From positions 1 through 64,000 of the forward strand of contig JBKAGE010000070.1 in the NCBI GenBank assembly GCA_046290225.1: a DNA stretch of 64,000 nucleotides, written 5' to 3'. Both the position numbers and the translations under genes were made by a program. The stretch is from Bradymonadia bacterium (lineage in GTDB: Bacteria; Myxococcota_A; Bradymonadia; UBA7976; UBA1532). The notes under the pieces were generated by a model, which worked only from the letters and a program-made list of their open reading frames with translations, ran no database searches and was not told where the DNA came from. Of the stretch, positions 19,657 to 27,713 are shown piece after piece (positions within the stretch are counted from its first letter, which is position 1; each line of letters starts with the position of its first letter).

Positions 19657-20928
19657 TCAACTCAGCCGTAGCACCAGATAGCCCACGGCGACGGCGGCGA
19701 GCATCGTGATGCCAGCCCAGCTCACAATCTGAAGACCCTTCGAGGGGCGATGCTCCGGGGGCACCTCGTCACCGAGGATGGCCCGGTGGTTGAGCCACGC
19801 CAGCAGTGGCGCCGTGAGGCATGACAGGATGGTGGCGAGATCCACCATGGCCTTGAGGCTGCCGATGAACAGCGTGATCACCGCCAGCGAGCCCGCGCCG
19901 AGGACCGCGAGGCTCACCCAATACGCTGTGTTGAAACGCCGATCTCCCTTCGTGGGCGCCCAGGCCTGCTCAGGGCCCCGCATGCGCTCGGTGAGTACGG
20001 CGAGGGCTCTGGGGAACCCGTCCACGACGGTGAAGGTGGTGGTGAACATGACCGCAAAGGCGCAGCCTCCGATCATGGGCCGGCTCCACTCCCCAAGAGT
20101 GCTGGCATAGAGTTCGATGATCTGCCCGGCGAAGCCGCCGGCGCTGTTGGCCAGCTCGACGCCGCTGCCGTGCATGACCCCAGCGCCGAGAATCACGAAG
20201 CACACAGCGAGCCCCGCGGCCCCCCAATATCCCAGATGGAAGTCGGCGAGCACGGCCTTCACGGTGGGGCGCTCACCGACATCTTCGCTCCGGGCCAGGG
20301 TCCACATGGAGTGCCACGCGGCGACGTCGATGGCCGAAGGCATCCACCCCACGAGGGCGGCGCAGAAGAACAGATCTTTGGCTTCGATGCCCTGAGGCCA
20401 GAAAGCGAGGGCGCTGAAGTCGAGCTTGGGCAGGGCGAGTGCGGTGGCGGTGACGGTGCTCAGGGTGAGGGCCACCACCATGACTTTGTTGATCCGGTCG
20501 AGCCACCGATACCGCCCAAGGGCGAGCAACGCCGCGCACACGGCCATGGTGCCCCCGGCGATGACCACGGGGGTGCCGGGCAGCCCGAGGGCTTTCTTGG
20601 CGAGGCCCGCGGTGACGAGGGCCACGGCCCCTTGCACGGTGAACATGGTGCCCACGGTGAGCAGGCCGTACACGCCGAGGGCCCACTTGCCCTGCCGCCG
20701 ATAGCCCTCGAGCAGGCTGGTGCCGGTGGCGGCGGCATATTGGGGACCGAATCGAAACGCAGGGTACTTGGCCACGTTGGCCAGCAGCACGAGCCACAAC
20801 AACGCGAAGCCATAGACAGCGCCTGCTCTGGTGGACTGAACGAGATGGCTGACGCCGACGGCGGCGCCAGCGAGCAGCAGGCCAGGACCGAGGGCTCGCA
20901 ACAGACCTCTAGGGGGGTTGGACGACAA
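19657..20928 (-). CDS. NRAMP-superfamily (APC) membrane transporter, putative divalent cation transporter
   Basis: LGPGLLLAGAAVGVSHLVQSTRAGA, GWMP.AID, about 11 hydrophobic segments. Confidence 0.88.
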   Translation of the reverse strand: MSSNPPRGLLRALGPGLLLAGAAVGVSHLVQSTRAGAVYGFALLWLVLLANVAKYPAFRFGPQYAAATGTSLLEGYRRQGKWALGVYGLLTVGTMFTVQGAVALVTAGLAKKALGLPGTPVVIAGGTMAVCAALLALGRYRWLDRINKVMVVALTLSTVTATALALPKLDFSALAFWPQGIEAKDLFFCAALVGWMPSAIDVAAWHSMWTLARSEDVGERPTVKAVLADFHLGYWGAAGLAVCFVILGAGVMHGSGVELANSAGGFAGQIIELYASTLGEWSRPMIGGCAFAVMFTTTFTVVDGFPRALAVLTERMRGPEQAWAPTKGDRRFNTAYWVSLAVLGAGSLAVITLFIGSLKAMVDLATILSCLTAPLLAWLNHRAILGDEVPPEHRPSKGLQIVSWAGITMLAAVAVGYLVLRLS

Positions 20929-20947
20929 CAGCGGTGCTCCTGGTCAG

Positions 20948-21347
20948 GCGGACGATCCCGCCTTCGGCGCGATCTGTAGCGGACGCCTGCGCTTCGCGCA
21001 AAGCTGTAGCGGACGCCTGCTTCGGCTGCGCCTTGCAGAGCTGTAGCGGACGCCGAGTCTGCCTCCGGCAGCCTGAGCTGTAGCTTTCTAAGAGAGTTAT
21101 GGTGTGTCTGGTGGGCTTCTCAACCCCGATTGGGGCTTACGCCGGCACTGGTACGTCAAAGGCCACAACGTTCGCGGTAGACGAGCCCACGCCCCCAAAG
21201 TGATCTTCAAAAAGCTACAGGGAATTTGCCGTAGGCAAATGAGCGTCCGCTACAGCTCTGCGCGAAGCGCAGGCGTCCGCTACAGGCTGTCGCCGTAAGG
21301 CGATGACCGTCCGCTACAGGCGGTGCCAAAGGCACGGCCGTCCGCTA
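20948..21347. repeat. Palindromic element E1: five direct copies of (CTGTA)GCGGACG(CC), a central core of about 123 bp, then five inverted copies
   Basis: CTGTAGCGGACGCC at 20974, 21004 and 21041, with partial copies at 20948 and 21078. Inverted CGTCCGCTA(CAG) at 21244, 21274, 21308 and 21339, with a partial copy at 21211. Each 16-23 nt spacer carries its own mini-hairpin. Confidence 0.95.
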
Positions 21348-21758
21348 TTCGCTCGCGTAAGAGCGAATGCGCTCTACCATACTGAAGAAGCCATTCCGCC
21401 GGTTGAAGCTCAGGTGACTCTGCAACCCCAGCTGCTCGAAGAGCGCGTCGATGTCGATGCCTCGAATCTCGGCCCTGGTCTTGAAATTGTAGGTGGCCAG
21501 CAGCACGGCGATGAGGCCCTTGACGATGTGGGCGTCGCTGTCTGCGGTGATGGCGATGGCCTCGGCGCCGTCGGTGTCACGGCTCACCGTCTCGGAGGTC
21601 ATCCACACCTGACTGACGCAGCCCCGTACGCGGGTCTCTTCGTTTTTGTCGCTCTCGGGCATCGGCGGCAGGGCCTTGCCGAGATCGATCAGGTAGCGGT
21701 AGCGGTCTTCCCAGTCGTCGAGCAGCTCAAAGTTCTCGATCAGCTCTTGCAGGCTCAT
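21345..21758 (-). CDS. sufE: SufE-family Fe-S cluster sulfur acceptor
   Basis: F..LDDWEDRYRYLIDLG, VRGCVSQVW, ADSDAHIVKGL, LS.NRRNGF. Confidence 0.95.
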   Translation of the reverse strand: MSLQELIENFELLDDWEDRYRYLIDLGKALPPMPESDKNEETRVRGCVSQVWMTSETVSRDTDGAEAIAITADSDAHIVKGLIAVLLATYNFKTRAEIRGIDIDALFEQLGLQSHLSFNRRNGFFSMVERIRSYASE

Positions 21759-21859
21759 GTGCTCTCTCAATGCGTCATGTTCGAGGGCGCTATGATGGCG
21801 CCACGGGGTGAGATACACCAGAGCCTGTCGACGTTCCGAGAGCCTTCAATGAGGACGAG

Positions 21860-22339
21860 ATGAGCAACGCCCAACACGACATCCGTTTCGCCACCCCCGA
21901 TGACGCCCAGACGATCCACCGCTTCGTCTGCGAGCTGGCGGTCTACGAAAAAGAGCCTGACGCCGTAGAGGTGACCCCGGAGATTCTGCGTGAGCAGCTG
22001 AACTCGGACCGACCGCCCTTCGAATGCCTCATCGCCGAAGACGGCGACGAGCCCGTAGGTATGGCCCTGTTTTTTCATAATTACTCCACATGGCGAGGCA
22101 AGCGGGGGCTGTACCTCGAAGATCTCTACGTGACGCCGAGCGCCCGAGGTCGTGGATTTGGTCTGGCGCTGTTGAAGGCCCTGGCCCGCATCGCCCGAGA
22201 GCGCGACTGCGCCCGGATGGAGTGGAGCGTGCTCGACTGGAACACGCCAGCCATCGAGTTCTACGAGGCGCTGGGGGCAAAGCCCATGAGCGAGTGGACG
22301 ACGTTCAGGCTGACTGGGGAAGCCCTGGAGAAACTTTGA
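21860..22339 (+). CDS. GNAT N-acetyltransferase (diamine/SSAT-like)
   Basis: ELAVYEK, FFHNYSTWRG..GLYLEDLYV, RGRGFG, EWSVLDWNTPAI.FY. Confidence 0.95.
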   Translation: MSNAQHDIRFATPDDAQTIHRFVCELAVYEKEPDAVEVTPEILREQLNSDRPPFECLIAEDGDEPVGMALFFHNYSTWRGKRGLYLEDLYVTPSARGRGFGLALLKALARIARERDCARMEWSVLDWNTPAIEFYEALGAKPMSEWTTFRLTGEALEKL

Positions 22340-22351
22340 GGTGGTTCAGGC

Positions 22352-23884
22352 TCAATTCGGAAAATCTTTGGGCAGCAGCGCTCCGCCAAGGTGGGCGCCC
22401 TGCAATGCCCCCGGCTCCAGATGCTTGACCTTGCTGAGATCTGCCCCGGTGAGATCGGCGCGATGCAACCGGGCGCCCTGTAGATCCGAGTGGCTGAAGT
22501 TCACGCCCTTGAGGTTCGCGTACATGAGCGAAGCGCCGTTCAACCAGGCATGCACCTGAGCCCCCTCGAGATCTGCGTCGGTGAAGTCAGCCCCCTGTAA
22601 TTTCGCGAAGGACAACGACGCACCCATCAACTGCGTCCGCCTGCAGGTGGCGCCCTGCAGGTTGGCGTTGTTGAGGCGCGCGCCACACAAATCAGCCTGA
22701 CTCAGCTCTGCGCCCTGTAGATGGGCCCACGTAAGGTTGGCCCCATTGAGGTTCACGCCCTGTAGATGCGCGCCCATCAGGCGGGCGCCGGCCAGATGGG
22801 CGTCGGGCATCTGTGTGCCAGGCAATCGCGCCCCTCGCAGTTCGAAGTCTGTGACCGACAGCCCGGGGAGTTCACGCATGTGGGTGCGCTGAATGCGCTC
22901 AGCCAACAACCCACGGCGCAAACGCCCCTGCTCGTCGAGGCCCAGGTGAATCCAGGGCGGCAAGCCTTGGGCATCTATCAGACGGGCACACTCGAGCGAA
23001 TTGAGGGGAGCGAGGCCATCCTCAAAGCCGAACCGGGCGCCGGTGAGATCTGCGCCGTTGAAGTCTGCCAAAGCCAGCTGAGCACCCGTGAGATCAGCGC
23101 CCCTCAAGTTCGCGGCCTTGAAGCGGGCATACTTCAACTGTGCTCCACTCAGATCAGCGCCCTCCAGACACGCACGTGAGAGATCAGCTTCATCGAGCAG
23201 GGCATTCGAGAGATCAACCCCAGGCAGCCAGGCGGCCTTCAGCTTGCTTCGTCGAAGATCCAACTGTTCGTGATTGGAGGCAAACGTCCTGATCGCCTCG
23301 ATCAGCGCACGTCGCTGAAACGGTGTGCCCTTTTTGCTCAGGCTCCACGTCACCCAGTTCGGCAGGCCTGTGGCGCCGTGGAAACGCGCACGCCCGATGG
23401 ACACAGTTCTCAAATCGACGTCTGTCAGATCTGCCTCATCGAATCGAGTTCCGTGCAAGCGCGCATATGAGATGTGAGCCCCCTCGAGCCGGGCTCGACG
23501 CAGATTGGCGTCGGTGAGATCGGTGCTGCGCAGATTGGCCCTGGTCAGATCAGCGTCTCGTAAATCGGCGCGCGGCAAAGCTGATCGGCTGAGATCGGCC
23601 CCTTGGAGGTTCGCACCTCTCAAGGCGACACCGGACAGATGTACCCCGGTGAGCTTGAGAGTGAGACTCAAGCCGTAGACATCAGTCCAGACATTTTGAG
23701 GTGATCGACCGTCCCACCCAGCCTCTGGATCGAAACCACTGCGATGTGCAGCGAGGGTCAAGAGAGAGCCAATATCCTCGGAGGCCGGCTGGTAACCAGG
23801 ATCTTCGAGTCGCTTGAAGGACAGCAACGCCCAGGCATGAGCAGCGTTCTCTCTTGTGATCTTCAACTCGCCGAAGAGGCTCAT
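22352..23884 (-). CDS. Pentapeptide-repeat protein
   Basis: Extensive A(D/N)LxG repeats. Coupled to the upstream paralog by an ATGA overlap. Confidence 0.9.
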   Translation of the reverse strand: MSLFGELKITRENAAHAWALLSFKRLEDPGYQPASEDIGSLLTLAAHRSGFDPEAGWDGRSPQNVWTDVYGLSLTLKLTGVHLSGVALRGANLQGADLSRSALPRADLRDADLTRANLRSTDLTDANLRRARLEGAHISYARLHGTRFDEADLTDVDLRTVSIGRARFHGATGLPNWVTWSLSKKGTPFQRRALIEAIRTFASNHEQLDLRRSKLKAAWLPGVDLSNALLDEADLSRACLEGADLSGAQLKYARFKAANLRGADLTGAQLALADFNGADLTGARFGFEDGLAPLNSLECARLIDAQGLPPWIHLGLDEQGRLRRGLLAERIQRTHMRELPGLSVTDFELRGARLPGTQMPDAHLAGARLMGAHLQGVNLNGANLTWAHLQGAELSQADLCGARLNNANLQGATCRRTQLMGASLSFAKLQGADFTDADLEGAQVHAWLNGASLMYANLKGVNFSHSDLQGARLHRADLTGADLSKVKHLEPGALQGAHLGGALLPKDFPN

Positions 23885-25323
23885 CGATCAGCTCGATGTA
23901 ACGCGCTCATCTCTTCGACGCGCGCAATCCCCCAAGCAGTCTCGGCCCATACCCGCGCGTTGCGGTGATGGGTCAACCAGCGGGACAACGCTCGGCGCTC
24001 TGATTCTGCCATCAACAAAAGATCTGGCGCCGGGCAGCGGGCGCCGTCGTACTTGGCCCCGAAAGAGCTCTGAGCCATCCAAGGCCGGGCCCCTTCGAGA
24101 TCAGCCCCCTTCAAGACCGCATGGTTGATGCGCACACCAGTGAGATCTGCCCCTCTCAAACACGCCCCCTCCAACTGCACCTTCCACAGGCTTACCCCCG
24201 AGAGCTTCGCACCTGAGAGGTCACTCTCGGGCATATAGGCCAGCGTGAAGTCTGCCCCGCTCAGATCAGCGCCGACGAGTTGCGCCTTGGGGATGTGCGC
24301 TTTCTGCAAATTGGCCCATCGGAGGTCGTGCACCGATCCGTTTTGCATTGCCTGAGCCAGGGTGCTGCGGGTATATCGGCCATCCGCTCTCAGACCCGCC
24401 TGGGCCCAATCGGGCAAGCCGATCACCCCTGGCAGGGCCACGTCAGAGAAGTTCATGCCGTCGATGCGTGCGTCGGTGAGATTCGCGCCCCGTAAATCAC
24501 CACCTTGAAGATCGAGCCCGCGCAGATCAGCTCCGCTGAGATCCGCCCCACGCAAATCAGTGGCCCGGAGTCGCGCCCCCTTCAAACGCGCCTTGCGTAA
24601 ATCAGCCCCATCCAGCTTCGAGCGATAGAGCATGGCCCCTTCGAGCACGGCGCCAGCGAGGGGTATGCCAGAGAGGCTTGCCCGCTTAAGACGCAGGCCA
24701 GTCAAGTCAGCACCGTCGACTTCACCAGGAGCGAGCTGTTTCAATGACATGAGCAGAGCAGCTTTGGCGTATTGCCCCTCTGAGTTCAGGGCGAGGGCGA
24801 TCCAGGCTGGTAGAGCACGCGCATCATCGAACCGGGCCCCAGATAATTCGAGGTCGTGCAGGCTGAAGGTCGATACATCGAGGGCGCTGAAGTTCGCCCC
24901 CTGCACATCGCACCCCATCAGCCTCAGGCCAGCTGTCTGCGCCCCCCTGAGGCTGGCCCCCTCCAAACGGCAGCCGATGAACGTGGCATATCGTAAATCG
25001 GCATCAGACAAGTCGGCCCCACTGAGATCTACGCTGCCGAACTTCAGCTCTCGCAGGTTTGCTCCTGAGAGCGGCGCAGCCCTGAAGTCGGCACCATCGA
25101 GGGGCATCGACCATGTGCCGTAGGCCTGGTGCCAGATCTCGATGGGGCGCTGTGACTGCCAACTCTCGTAGGGGTCCAAGTCAGCCTTGAAAGCCGCGGC
25201 GACGAGGAGGGGCAGCACCTCATCTTCGTAAGGCTGCCAGCCACCATCCATGCGCGCTCGCGCAGCGGCCACGACATCAGGTGCGGATGCGCCATCGACG
25301 CACTGGCCCTCGAACTCGATCAT
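23881..25323 (-). CDS. Pentapeptide-repeat protein (paralog of the neighbouring gene)
   Basis: A(D/N)LxG repeats in three blocks. Shares an N-terminal domain with 22352-23884. Confidence 0.9.
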   Translation of the reverse strand: MIEFEGQCVDGASAPDVVAAARARMDGGWQPYEDEVLPLLVAAAFKADLDPYESWQSQRPIEIWHQAYGTWSMPLDGADFRAAPLSGANLRELKFGSVDLSGADLSDADLRYATFIGCRLEGASLRGAQTAGLRLMGCDVQGANFSALDVSTFSLHDLELSGARFDDARALPAWIALALNSEGQYAKAALLMSLKQLAPGEVDGADLTGLRLKRASLSGIPLAGAVLEGAMLYRSKLDGADLRKARLKGARLRATDLRGADLSGADLRGLDLQGGDLRGANLTDARIDGMNFSDVALPGVIGLPDWAQAGLRADGRYTRSTLAQAMQNGSVHDLRWANLQKAHIPKAQLVGADLSGADFTLAYMPESDLSGAKLSGVSLWKVQLEGACLRGADLTGVRINHAVLKGADLEGARPWMAQSSFGAKYDGARCPAPDLLLMAESERRALSRWLTHHRNARVWAETAWGIARVEEMSALHRADR

Positions 25324-25330
25324 CGTGAGA

Positions 25331-27499
25331 TCATTCGTCGTCGTCGAACTTGAGGGCGGGCATCTCCATCGACGGCAGGATCGCCGACGCTCTGGCGGGA
25401 TCCTGATCTACGGGGGTGAACTGCGGCAACAGCGCCCCTCTCGGTGGGCTCGGCGGAGACGGCATCACAGTCTTCGGCGCCTCTTGGGCGACATGCCCCA
25501 CGGGCGCAGGCGTCGCGCTGATGCGTTGCATGTGCTCCGCCTCGAGATAATCCTCGAGCAAGCGAGAGGCGATCTCCATGAAGTCGTAGCTCGTCACCAG
25601 ACCTACGAGCTGGTTGCCTTTGTCCACCACGGGCAGGCTCGAGACCCGGTACTCCCGCATGATGCGCAGCGCTTCGTTGGTGGGCGTATCGGGTGACACG
25701 TGCACAGGATTCGGGCGCATCACCTCCTCGACGATCACCCCCTCGAAGGCGTCTTCTGTGGTGAAGTCCACCGACTCGCCGGGGGTGTGGTGGAACAGGC
25801 GCTTCACCATGCGCAGGATCGACCGGAACGACACCATGCCCACGAGGTGGCCCTGGTCGTCTTCCACGGGCACGTGGCGCACCCGCTGCCAGTCCATCAT
25901 GCTCACGGCGAGCTCCATCGGATCGCTCGGGCGCACGGTGACCAGATCGGTGGTCATGAACTGCCCCACGGTCCGGTAGCTGGGGAACCAGTCCTGAGAA
26001 TGATGCAGGCGCGCCAGAGGCCACTTGTGGATCGGCTTGCGCTCTTCTGGTGCCTTGCTCAAAGCCTGATGCTCGCACAGCGACGAGACCAGGCTACGCA
26101 TGCGCACGTCGAGGGGGGCCTGGGTCATGCCCGCCATCGATTTGAGGGCCCACTGCGAGCCCGTCTGGCGGCTCTCCACCCGCTCCTCGAGGGTGCCCAG
26201 ATAGGTGTCGATGTCGCTGCTGTCGATGCCGCGGGCGGCGAGGCCTTGCCGGGCCAGGGGCAGCAAGTGCTCCAGGATCAGCGTCTGGGCGGTGTGGGCC
26301 TGGCCGTTGATCCAGGTGAATTGTGCCTTCAGGCCGTGGCGGGCGGCGGCGTAGAAGTTGTTCTTGGCGTCGTCGAACTCCATGACCTCGTGGATGTCGG
26401 GGTACTCCTCGGCGAGGCCGATCATGAGGCCGAAGTAGAACGCCGCGTTGGCCACCTCGTCGCGGACCGTGGGCCCCGAGGGCAGGATGCGGTTCTCGAT
26501 GCGCAGGTGGGGCACCACCCCGTCGCTCCCGTAACAGGGGCGGTTCCAGCGCCAGACGGTGCCAGCGTGCATCCCCAAAGCCTTCAGGCCAGGGATCCCA
26601 CCGCGCGCGAGCACCTGCAGGGCGTCTTCCTCCCGATCAGTGGCGAGCAAAATACGGAACCGGGCGATGTTGTCTTTGTAGATCTCGAGGACCGAGCGCC
26701 TGATCCAGTCGTCGCCGAAGCTCACCCGCGGTGGGGTGCTCCGAGCCCTCTGCACCTTCGAGCGGCCATCGACGGAGTGCTGGAACAGCGCCACCCGGGT
26801 CTCGTGCCAGAGCCGCCGCCCCATGAGCAGGGGTGAGTTCACCGCCGCGGCGAGCACCGGAGCAGAGACCGCCTGGGTGAGGTTGTAGAGCCTGGGGAAC
26901 TCCTCGGGGCCCACCTGAAAGTGCACCTGGAAGCTGGTGTTCGCCGACTCGAGCATCACGTTGTCGTGGGTGATGTCGATCTCGTCGAGCCCCTTGATCA
27001 TGATGTTGAACTGGCTGTTGTTCAGCTCGGAGCACACCTGATTGAGTTGCGCATAGCGCGGGCTCGGGGTCATGTAGTCGAGGGTCAAATGCGGGGTGCG
27101 CAGCGTAGGCAGGATGCCTGCGAGCACCACTTGAGCGCCGAGGCCCCGGGCAGCCTTGTCGGCCTTGGCCACCACCTCGTTGATCTCCCCCTCCATGGTG
27201 CTCAGGCACGCGCCACCGAAGACCTGTGGGGTCAGGTTGGCCTCGAGGTTGTAGAGAGCGAGCTCGTGGGTCAGCCGCGGATCATCAGCCTTCTTCAAGA
27301 TCTCCATGGCCATGGGGGTGGGCTGCCGACTCTCGTCGACGAGGAACATCTCCTGCTCGGCGCCGATGCGCCGCACTCCGGTCTCGAACCGGCCCTCCTC
27401 GATCATCTGGGTCATGGCCTCGAGGTCACGGAGCAAGGCCCGCGTAAAGGCCCGCATCTGTTGGTTGGTGACCTGGGTGTTGACGTTCTGCTCGCCCAT
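25331..27499 (-). CDS. Glutamate-cysteine ligase family 2 (GCS2) protein with a C-terminal CBS pair
   Basis: IGAEQEMFLVD, ELALYNLEANL, SFQVHFQV, NSPLL.G.RLWHETR, WRWNRPCY, HLRIENR; CBS motifs VRHVPVED and SLPVVD. Confidence 0.92.
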   Translation of the reverse strand: MGEQNVNTQVTNQQMRAFTRALLRDLEAMTQMIEEGRFETGVRRIGAEQEMFLVDESRQPTPMAMEILKKADDPRLTHELALYNLEANLTPQVFGGACLSTMEGEINEVVAKADKAARGLGAQVVLAGILPTLRTPHLTLDYMTPSPRYAQLNQVCSELNNSQFNIMIKGLDEIDITHDNVMLESANTSFQVHFQVGPEEFPRLYNLTQAVSAPVLAAAVNSPLLMGRRLWHETRVALFQHSVDGRSKVQRARSTPPRVSFGDDWIRRSVLEIYKDNIARFRILLATDREEDALQVLARGGIPGLKALGMHAGTVWRWNRPCYGSDGVVPHLRIENRILPSGPTVRDEVANAAFYFGLMIGLAEEYPDIHEVMEFDDAKNNFYAAARHGLKAQFTWINGQAHTAQTLILEHLLPLARQGLAARGIDSSDIDTYLGTLEERVESRQTGSQWALKSMAGMTQAPLDVRMRSLVSSLCEHQALSKAPEERKPIHKWPLARLHHSQDWFPSYRTVGQFMTTDLVTVRPSDPMELAVSMMDWQRVRHVPVEDDQGHLVGMVSFRSILRMVKRLFHHTPGESVDFTTEDAFEGVIVEEVMRPNPVHVSPDTPTNEALRIMREYRVSSLPVVDKGNQLVGLVTSYDFMEIASRLLEDYLEAEHMQRISATPAPVGHVAQEAPKTVMPSPPSPPRGALLPQFTPVDQDPARASAILPSMEMPALKFDDDE

Positions 27500-27713
27500 C
27501 GGTGTTCCCCTGGTTGGGTTCGGTCTCTCTCCCCGAACAGGGATACTAGAGCACCGATGAGGTTCTCTCCAATTGGTTCAGATCTTTGGAAAAGAGAGCT
27601 CTGAGCACACATAGGGACCTGCCCGCGCTTGTGACAGAGAGTTGATGGATGAATATGAACCTCATCCCTCCTGTTGTGCGTATGGTGGATGTGCACCACC
27701 AGGGAGGGAGTTC

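Noticed and set aside
21095..21180. Shared E1/E2 core as a small protein gene or transposase remnant (LPRT..PL....RRKPQ on minus; WG.RR....G..VRGR on plus)
   Set aside because: Stops and starts differ between the copies and the inter-block segments show no amino-acid similarity. Three block differences are synonymous in one minus frame, so this is not fully excluded.
21088..21210. Metal riboswitch (yybP-ykoY or NiCo) upstream of the NRAMP-like transporter
   Set aside because: No consensus motifs were recognised, and the same core recurs at 43790 beside unrelated genes.
20948..21347. CRISPR array interpretation of E1
   Set aside because: Repeats are only about 14 nt, spacers are 16-23 nt and self-complementary, the two halves are inverted, and no cas genes are present.
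27497..27559. Hairpin that could sequester the RBS and AUG of the GCS2-CBS gene
   Set aside because: A plausible -10 (TAGTAT) lies inside it, so the 5' strand may not be transcribed. Weak evidence in GC-rich DNA.
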